A stretch of 20,000 nucleotides of DNA, taken from IMG/VR virus record IMGVR_UViG_3300027782_000041, one strand, 5' to 3'. A model generated the notes under the pieces. That model made no database searches. It was given only the letters and a program-made list of their open reading frames with translations, and had not been told where the DNA came from. This DNA comes from an uncultured virus (IMG/VR IMGVR_UViG_3300027782_000041). Its lineage: Duplodnaviria; Heunggongvirae; Uroviricota; Caudoviricetes. Below are positions 1-6,857 of this stretch, in pieces. Position numbers and translations under genes: made by a program. Numbering within the stretch: position 1 is the stretch's first letter; every line of letters begins with the position of its first letter.

Positions 1-1229
1 CCAGTTACGGCATGTGGTTTACACCTCCTGATGTGGGAGTGACGGTAATTTGTATATTTGTCAACGGTGATCGTAGCCAAGGTTTCTACATTGGCGTGAT
101 ACCAGAACAAGGGCTGGGACACATGATACCCGCCAATGGGTCAGTAACCAAGGCACGAGCAGACATACAGAACCAAAATCAAGAAACTTATTTTGCTGAT
201 GCTGCCAGATTACCAGTTACAGAAATCAACGTAAACAATGATGGCGTGTTCAATGACCCAAGATTTTATGATCAAACTAAACCAGTGCAAGGATATCTTG
301 CCCAGTCCTTGTTGCAACAAGGATTGATCACAGACCTAGAACGAGGCACCATCCAAAGCTCAAGTCAACGAGAAACACCCAGCGCAGTATTTGGAATCAG
401 CACACCAGGCACAGCCATTTATCAAGGCGGCATGGCACCTAATGATATTAGAACCAAACTCAATGCAGGTGAAATCAAACCCGGTGATGCCAGAGTAATT
501 GGTCGAGTAGGCGGACACAGTCTGGTCATGGACGATGGCGACCTGGATGGAAACAATGCTATGTTACGGTTGAGAACCAGCCTTGGCCATCAAATTACCA
601 TGAGTGATACAGGCAACTTCTTTTACATTATACATGCCAATGGACAAACTTGGTTGGAGTTTGGAGTAGAAGGTACTGTGGATGTGTATGCCACAAACTC
701 AGTAAACGTGCGCACCAAGGGAGATATCAATCTGCATGCTGACCGCGACATCAACATGTTTGCCGGCCGTTATTTAAAAATGAAAAGCAAACAAGACATG
801 CAGATAGAGTCAGGAACGTTTTTGGCCATGCAAGCACAAGAAGATATCACTTTGTACAGTAAAAGCACAATAGGGATCAAAGCAGATGGCACACTTACAC
901 TAAACAGCGCATCGGGTTCCTGGGGTGCAGGATCTACACTGGCACTACAGGCAGGCGGCATTGATCTCAACGGACCTGCAGCAGGCCGAGTGACCACACC
1001 ACAACCTCTAACCAAAACACTCTTGGACGATACTGAATGGGATACCAGCAAAGGGTGGATAGTCAAACCGCAGGGACTTGAAAGCATTGTGAATCGAGCA
1101 GCCACACACGAACCGTATCCTTATCACAACAAGGGTGTGGATGTTGAGATTGCTTTTGAAGAAGGCAAGCCAAGTCCGCCACCAGGCGCTGTGCCTGTGC
1201 CCGCAGGCGTAGAGATCAAGGCACAATAA
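1..1229 (+). CDS. gp5: Baseplate central spike/hub protein, T4 gp5 / VgrG-like (5'-partial, no lysozyme domain visible)
   Basis: The frame is open from the window edge (AGT TAC GGC ATG = SYGMWFTPPDVG), so ATG 12 is probably internal. The N-terminal 'PPDVGVTVICIFVNGDRSQGFYIG' matches the end of the gp5/VgrG OB-fold. 'RTSLGHQITMSDT...HANGQTWLEFGVEGTV' followed by ~8-residue beta repeats ('NSVNVRTKGDINLHADRDINMFAGR') matches the triple beta-helix spike. It lies upstream of gp25 and gp6. Stop TAA 1227-1229. Confidence 0.85.
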   Translation, partial: SYGMWFTPPDVGVTVICIFVNGDRSQGFYIGVIPEQGLGHMIPANGSVTKARADIQNQNQETYFADAARLPVTEINVNNDGVFNDPRFYDQTKPVQGYLAQSLLQQGLITDLERGTIQSSSQRETPSAVFGISTPGTAIYQGGMAPNDIRTKLNAGEIKPGDARVIGRVGGHSLVMDDGDLDGNNAMLRLRTSLGHQITMSDTGNFFYIIHANGQTWLEFGVEGTVDVYATNSVNVRTKGDINLHADRDINMFAGRYLKMKSKQDMQIESGTFLAMQAQEDITLYSKSTIGIKADGTLTLNSASGSWGAGSTLALQAGGIDLNGPAAGRVTTPQPLTKTLLDDTEWDTSKGWIVKPQGLESIVNRAATHEPYPYHNKGVDVEIAFEEGKPSPPPGAVPVPAGVEIKAQ

Positions 1230-1230
1230 C

Positions 1231-2934
1231 ATGGCAGAATTTACATTTACCAGCAGTGACGGCAAACCATTCAGTATAAAAGGCCCTCAAGGTTTCACAA
1301 GAGAGCAAGCTGAATCTGCATTTCGAAAACAAGATGCCACAGGCGCACTAGTAGGATTCAAACCAGGCGAAAGCCTTTCTGCTGCAACACAAGCTGCTGA
1401 TGGGTTAGCTTCGGCCCAGGGCCTAGTGGCACAAGCGCAGTCAGGTATAACTGGCGGCCTTAATGTAGGAAATTTTGCATCTGGGTTATCAGGTGCCGGG
1501 ATAGATCTTGCGACTGGGCGCATACCATCAGTTGATGCAGCATTTGCTCAAGGCGGTGTCAGTGGCGGAGCTGGTGCGTTCAGCAGTGTACTAGGTAGTG
1601 TGGCTGGTGGCCTAGGAGCTGCCGGCGGCGCCCTTGGAGGATCGCTGTCTGGCATTGCTGCAGGACTCACAGCAGCTGTGGGCCCAGCAGTGACTTCTGT
1701 GTCTGGTGCCGGTACTGCACTAGTGAGAGCGGCCAGCATACAAGGATCAACCGCAGCCAAGAGCATTGAAACTATCAACCGGAACATAACACAGTTTCCA
1801 GTAACCAGTCCTATCAACACCGCAGACTTTACCAAAATTGCCGGCGGCCTCAATCCTGCGGGTGCCCTAGCAGGTCTAGGACCCATGAGCATACCCGAAG
1901 TCAACGGGGTACTAGCACAGGCCAAAAATCTAGTGGGCCAGGCCAGTTCAGTCTTGAGCAATACCAAAGGTCTTGGATCATTTGGATTTGACGCTGGTCA
2001 ATTAGAAACAGCCGGTTATGTAAAGCCTGGTACAAAAGCATTGTTGGCAGCAGGCGCCAGCACATTTAGTGACGTCGTTAAAAGCCCAGCAGTCTGGACC
2101 GGCAAAGATGGAATCAAAAGCGCAACAGATCTGTTGGCCAACGCACCCAAACAAAGTCAAATTCAACAGGATCTTATGGCCAAGGGTGTGGCTGGCTTGG
2201 CCGCAGTTGGTATACCGGTTAAAAATTTAAGCAGTCAAGGACTTGCTGGCATGGCGCTGAATGCAGCCAAAGACTTACCCAGTGCTGAAGCATTTGCAAA
2301 AGGTCTTCCCATTCCTGGAGATGCAACAGGTGCAGTACAAGCAGAATTTTCAAGTGCGGTGCGTGATGGAGCATTTGCTGTGAACTTGGTACAGGCCAAG
2401 ATTCCCGCTGAATTCAAACAAGAAGCCATACCAGAGCCAGCATCTAACACCGTAGATCGTTCCACATTAAACGCTGCAAGTTCTCGAGTTATTGGGGATG
2501 AAAAAGTTCCTGCACCCAATTATGGTCCAAGGGTTGTGGCTGAAAACCAAGCTAATGGCGAATTGTTTGTGAACAAAGCAACAACGTTGACCAATCAATA
2601 CATTAATCCTGCTGGCCGGACCTACCAGGCAATAGATTCTAAATTGTCTGCACTAGAAAACCAACAATCAATTACTTCCACGGCATGGGAGGCAATTAAT
2701 AATGAATTCCAACAGGCCAAGACAGCATACGACTCTGGCGGTCCTACGTTGGCTGCCGAAGTATTCTCTTTGTATGATCGATTGTCTCCGGCACAACAAC
2801 AAGTCATATTCGGGCCCTATGCCCCGGCAAAAATAAATGGACTAATCACATATATTACTTCACAGTCAACACAGATCAAGGATAGATTATATCAATTGAG
2901 TTTAAAAATTGAAGGTCCCAGGAACAGCGCCTAA
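1231..2934 (+). CDS. Putative spike/baseplate-associated virion protein, Gly/Ala-rich, with degenerate lysozyme-like domain
   Basis: 567-aa ORF starting 1 nt after the gp5-like stop. It has a Gly/Ala-rich hydrophobic segment (~1540-1725), a 'GLGSFGFDAGQLETAGYVKPG...WTGKDGIKSATDLL...Q' segment resembling lysozyme-like superfamily domains, and a helical C-terminus. The CDS is well supported; the function is inferred. Confidence 0.6.
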   Translation: MAEFTFTSSDGKPFSIKGPQGFTREQAESAFRKQDATGALVGFKPGESLSAATQAADGLASAQGLVAQAQSGITGGLNVGNFASGLSGAGIDLATGRIPSVDAAFAQGGVSGGAGAFSSVLGSVAGGLGAAGGALGGSLSGIAAGLTAAVGPAVTSVSGAGTALVRAASIQGSTAAKSIETINRNITQFPVTSPINTADFTKIAGGLNPAGALAGLGPMSIPEVNGVLAQAKNLVGQASSVLSNTKGLGSFGFDAGQLETAGYVKPGTKALLAAGASTFSDVVKSPAVWTGKDGIKSATDLLANAPKQSQIQQDLMAKGVAGLAAVGIPVKNLSSQGLAGMALNAAKDLPSAEAFAKGLPIPGDATGAVQAEFSSAVRDGAFAVNLVQAKIPAEFKQEAIPEPASNTVDRSTLNAASSRVIGDEKVPAPNYGPRVVAENQANGELFVNKATTLTNQYINPAGRTYQAIDSKLSALENQQSITSTAWEAINNEFQQAKTAYDSGGPTLAAEVFSLYDRLSPAQQQVIFGPYAPAKINGLITYITSQSTQIKDRLYQLSLKIEGPRNSA

Positions 2935-2940
2935 AAACGC

Positions 2941-2948
2941 TATAAATA
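2941..2948 (+). promoter_or_regulatory. T4-type late promoter (gp55 sigma -10 element TATAAATA)
   Basis: Perfect TATAAATA in the 18-nt gap between the stop at 2934 and the gp25 ATG at 2953, upstream of structural genes. Confidence 0.8.
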
Positions 2949-2952
2949 TCAT

Positions 2953-3330
2953 ATGGCACAAAGATTCATTGGATTTAACACACAGAACCAATTTAAAAAA
3001 TTCACACTAACGGATTTTGAATTGGTCAAACGCGATCTGTTGAATGCGTTTAATATACGGCAAGGACAACTACCCGGGCGACCAGGATACGGCACTGTGC
3101 TATGGGACTACCTGTTTGAGCCACAACTGGAAGAATTGCAACAGGCCATCGAAGCAGAAGTTCAGCGAGTGGCCGGCGGCGACCCTAGACTCTACATCAG
3201 CGACATCCAAACATTTCCCCAGAACAACGGTATTTTGATACAGATAGAACTAACTGTGGTTCCCAGCACCGATGCTGAACGCTTGAGTATATTCTTTGAT
3301 CTACAACAACGCAATGCCACCTATGTATAA
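2953..3330 (+). CDS. gp25: Baseplate wedge / sheath-initiator subunit, gp25 (GPW_gp25) family
   Basis: 125 aa. 'LTDFELVKRDLLNAFNIRQGQLPGRPGYGTVLWDYLFEP...DPRL' follows the gp25/gpW/TssE pattern. It lies immediately upstream of the gp6 homolog. Confidence 0.92.
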   Translation: MAQRFIGFNTQNQFKKFTLTDFELVKRDLLNAFNIRQGQLPGRPGYGTVLWDYLFEPQLEELQQAIEAEVQRVAGGDPRLYISDIQTFPQNNGILIQIELTVVPSTDAERLSIFFDLQQRNATYV

Positions 3331-3349
3331 CTGAGCCGTTTTTATTGCC

Positions 3350-3357
3350 CATAAATA
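3350..3357 (+). promoter_or_regulatory. Probable T4-type late promoter variant (CATAAATA)
   Basis: 7/8 match to TATAAATA in the 48-nt gp25-gp6 gap, followed by an SD-like GAGG (3365-3368) and ATG 3379. Confidence 0.65.
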
Positions 3358-3378
3358 AAGTACTGAGGCACTAACAAC

Positions 3379-6300
3379 ATGGCAACCACCACAAGACAAA
3401 CCGCAATATTTGGAGTTGAAGACTGGAAACAGATCTATCAAACCTATCGCGAAGCCGACTTCCAGAGTTATGATTTTGAAACTCTGCGCAAGAGCTTTAT
3501 CGACTATTTGCGTTTGTACTACCCTGAAACATTCAACGACTTTATTGAATCGTCAGAATACATTGCCTTGTTGGATGTGATGGCATTTATGGGCCAGGCC
3601 CTGGCCTTTCGATCAGACCTTAACACACGTGAAAACTACATGGACACGGCAGAGCGTCGTGACAGTGTGGTTCGCTTGGCCAACTTGGTCAGCTACACTG
3701 CCAAACGCAACACAGCCGCCCAGGGCTTACTCAAAGTTTTTTCAATAACCACAACAGAAAATGTAATTGACTATCAAGGTGTTAACCTATCCAATGTCAC
3801 CGTGAACTGGGCTGATCCCACCAATCCCGATTGGCAAGAACAGTTTACTACCATTATCAATGCCAGTTTGGTCAACACTCAACGAGTGGGACGCCCTGGA
3901 AACCGCCAGACTATCCTGGGTGTAAGAACAGACGAATATGGAATCAACTTGGTACCTGGATTTTTGCCTATTGTACCTTATACAGCCACGGTAGACGGAA
4001 TAACCATGCCGTTTGAAGCCATGACATCCACCTCAGTGGGTGCAGATTATTTGTATGAACCGAGCCCACGAGCCAACCAACCATTCAATGTGTTGTTCCG
4101 CAATGATCAACTGGGATTTCAGTCGGCCAACACCGGCTACTTTTTTATGTTCAAACAAGGCGTACTTCAGAATCAAGATTTTAACTTGGCTGAAAAAGTC
4201 AGCAATCGCACTGTAAACATCAACATTGAGGGGGTCAACAACGAAGACCGTTGGTTGTACCAACTGGACAATGTGGGCAATATCAATCGCGAATGGGAAT
4301 ACACAGAAAACATCTATGCAGCAGCAGCCGAACAAGTTGGTACCAGCCTGCGACCCATCTATACAGTGACATCACGCACCAATGATCAGATCACCATGGT
4401 GTTCGGTGACGGTGTGTTTTCAGAAATTCCAGTGGGCACATTCCGTGCCTATGTTCGTGCATCAAACGGATTGCAATACATTATCAATCCTGAAGAAATG
4501 CAGAGTGTGACTATTCCCATCAGTTACATCAGTCGTAACGGCAATCTTGAGACCATCACATTCACCTGCGGTATCACAAGACCTGTGAGCAATAGCCAGG
4601 CACGTGAGACCATTGATCAAATCAAACAACGTGCGCCTGCACAGTACTACACACAAAACCGCATGGTCAACGGCGAAGACTACAATCTCTTTCCGTACAC
4701 ACAATACAATTCAATTGTAAAGAGCAAGGCATTGAACCGTGCGTCAATTGGTACCAGTCGTTATCTTGACTTGGTGGACAACACCGGCAAGTATTCCAGC
4801 ACCAACAGTTTTGGTGCCGATGGTGGATTGTGGGAACAAAACATTCTTCCCACTATCTTGTTTTCCTACACCAATCGAAATGAAATAGCAGACGTGATTG
4901 CCAACCAGGTACAACCTGGCCTGGCTGAAACTACCATGAAGCAGTTTTACTATGCTAACTTTCCCAGAGTCACTGAGTCCACCTTGCCCACATATGGTGC
5001 AACAACCTGGGTTCCGGGTGCCACCTGGAATCAAAGTACCACTCTAGCCAATGAAACCACAGGATACTTTAGAAATGCAGTGACATCGGCCACTTGGCCT
5101 AACGGAACTCCAATCCCAGTGGGATTTACTACCACTACCGATTTTAAATATGTGGCAGTGGGCAGTTTGATAAAATTTGTACCACCTGTTGGTTACTACT
5201 TTGATGCCAACAATAGACTCAAGTCTGGCACGCCTAGTCGCGCAGATGAGACATTAGAAATCTGGGCCAGTCCTTTGAGCATACAAGGCACAGGATACAA
5301 CAATGGACTGGGAAATCTCAGTTCAGGCGCAGGTCCAATTACACTGAATAATTTTATACCAACTGGTGCCCTGGTAGACACCATTGTGCCGTTGTTTGTG
5401 TCAGACTTGCCACTGGCACTGGAACAGGCCATGGCAGAACAAATTTTGCTCAATCGTAATTTTGGCATTGGCTACGACAACAACGGTGATATTACTGGCG
5501 TGCCATATTCTTGGTACTTGATTACCAGCACCAATCTAGCCGCTAACAGCACATTCAGTCAGACCAATGCAGGATCCAATACTGGCACAAATCAAGATGC
5601 ATCATGGTTGATTCAGTTTGTGGTTCAAAATCAAAATTACACAATCACTTTCCGTGGCTTGGCCTATTACTTTGGCTCAGTGCTGAGCACACGCTTTTTC
5701 TTCTATGATGGATCGCAAATTTACGATTCACGAACTGGCACAGTGATCAAGGACTATATCAATGTGCTGGCGGTAAACACTAGACCTGACTCTACGGATC
5801 ATTTGTCCGGAGATATTGTTATGACCATTACTGGACAGCCAGTTGAATCAGACGGCTATGTAGACGATTTCCAAGTGCTGGTCAGCTATCGTGACAGCGA
5901 CAATGACGGAGTACCTGACAACCCTGATTTCTTTGATGAAATTGTTGCTCCTTCTATAGACCCCACACAAAAGTACATATACCTACAAAAAACTGTGGAC
6001 TTTGATAACCTACAACGTTACTTGTTGGTAGCCCAAGGCGAAGTCATCAGCGACTATGCCACTCTAGATGATATTGAGTTGGTCAAGACTGAGTGGACTC
6101 CAGGACAGGTGTTCTATGCTTATACAGACGAAGAATTTTATCAGCTGAGTGTGGGAGCCACAGGACTACGAACCTTGGTTGATGTTAGTACAGAGTGGCT
6201 GGCCAAAACAGGACGTCAAGACTTGTACTTTCAGTATCGACACAATGCACCATTGACCACACGTATTGATCCGGGTACCACTAACATTATTGATTTATAT

Positions 6301-6855
6301 GTGGTCACATTGTCCTATTATACTGCCTATCAAAATTGGATTCAAGATACCACAGGCACTGTGGTCGAACCTGACATGCCCAGCCTTGATGAATTAACAA
6401 CCACTTATCAAGGCCTACAAAATTTCAAGATGCTGAGTGATAATATTATTTTGAATAGTGTGATATTCAAACCCCTGTTTGGACAAAAAGCCGCAGCAGA
6501 ATTACGTGCCACCATCAAGGTAATCAGAGCCAGCAATTCCACAGCAAGCACAAGCGAAATTAAAAGTGCTGTGGTTGCCGCAATGAACACATATTTCAGT
6601 ATTGATAAATGGAACTTTGGTGACACTTTCTACTTCAGTGAACTTGCAGCCTACTTACATAGTGAACTAGGATCAATTATTAGTTCAGTGGTATTGGTGC
6701 CATTGAACTCACAAAAATACTTTGGAGACTTGTACGAGATACGGTCAGAACCAAATGAGATATTTGCTAATGGTGCCACCATCAATAACATTGAAGTGAT
6801 TGAAGCATTGACTAGTACCAACTTGCGTACTGCCCCCGGTAGTGGAGTAATTTAA
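3379..6855 (+). CDS. gp6: Baseplate wedge subunit, T4 gp6-like (Baseplate J superfamily), enlarged
   Basis: 1158 aa. gp6 hallmarks: N-terminal 'DFETLRKSFIDYLR...NDFIESSEYIALLDVMAF...ENYMDTAERRDSVVRLANLVSY', 'VFGDG', and 'ETIDQIKQRAPAQYYTQNRMVNGEDY'. C-terminal 'FGDTFYFSEL'. Confidence 0.92.
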   Translation: MATTTRQTAIFGVEDWKQIYQTYREADFQSYDFETLRKSFIDYLRLYYPETFNDFIESSEYIALLDVMAFMGQALAFRSDLNTRENYMDTAERRDSVVRLANLVSYTAKRNTAAQGLLKVFSITTTENVIDYQGVNLSNVTVNWADPTNPDWQEQFTTIINASLVNTQRVGRPGNRQTILGVRTDEYGINLVPGFLPIVPYTATVDGITMPFEAMTSTSVGADYLYEPSPRANQPFNVLFRNDQLGFQSANTGYFFMFKQGVLQNQDFNLAEKVSNRTVNINIEGVNNEDRWLYQLDNVGNINREWEYTENIYAAAAEQVGTSLRPIYTVTSRTNDQITMVFGDGVFSEIPVGTFRAYVRASNGLQYIINPEEMQSVTIPISYISRNGNLETITFTCGITRPVSNSQARETIDQIKQRAPAQYYTQNRMVNGEDYNLFPYTQYNSIVKSKALNRASIGTSRYLDLVDNTGKYSSTNSFGADGGLWEQNILPTILFSYTNRNEIADVIANQVQPGLAETTMKQFYYANFPRVTESTLPTYGATTWVPGATWNQSTTLANETTGYFRNAVTSATWPNGTPIPVGFTTTTDFKYVAVGSLIKFVPPVGYYFDANNRLKSGTPSRADETLEIWASPLSIQGTGYNNGLGNLSSGAGPITLNNFIPTGALVDTIVPLFVSDLPLALEQAMAEQILLNRNFGIGYDNNGDITGVPYSWYLITSTNLAANSTFSQTNAGSNTGTNQDASWLIQFVVQNQNYTITFRGLAYYFGSVLSTRFFFYDGSQIYDSRTGTVIKDYINVLAVNTRPDSTDHLSGDIVMTITGQPVESDGYVDDFQVLVSYRDSDNDGVPDNPDFFDEIVAPSIDPTQKYIYLQKTVDFDNLQRYLLVAQGEVISDYATLDDIELVKTEWTPGQVFYAYTDEEFYQLSVGATGLRTLVDVSTEWLAKTGRQDLYFQYRHNAPLTTRIDPGTTNIIDLYVVTLSYYTAYQNWIQDTTGTVVEPDMPSLDELTTTYQGLQNFKMLSDNIILNSVIFKPLFGQKAAAELRATIKVIRASNSTASTSEIKSAVVAAMNTYFSIDKWNFGDTFYFSELAAYLHSELGSIISSVVLVPLNSQKYFGDLYEIRSEPNEIFANGATINNIEVIEALTSTNLRTAPGSGVI

Positions 6856-6857
6856 TG
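6844..6857 (+). promoter_or_regulatory. Ribosome-binding site (GGAG) and TAATG stop/start overlap for the giant ORF
   Basis: GGAG at 6844-6847 lies 7 nt before ATG 6855. The gp6 stop TAA (6853-6855) shares its last A with that ATG, the usual translational-coupling arrangement. Confidence 0.7.

Noticed and set aside
12..14. ATG 12 as the true start of the spike gene
   Set aside because: The frame is open to the window edge and the sequence begins partway through the OB-fold, so the gene most likely starts upstream.
3338..3360. Weak AT-only inverted repeat (TTTATT...AATAAA) as a terminator
   Set aside because: No GC stem and no downstream U-tract. The right arm is better explained as the late-promoter motif.
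1..6855. Bacterial T6SS, eCIS or tailocin locus rather than a phage
   Set aside because: The T4-type gp6 sequence, T4 late-promoter motifs and giant gp7-position gene fit a lytic myovirus. No T6SS- or eCIS-specific genes are present. Capsid genes are not in the window, so this is not formally proven.
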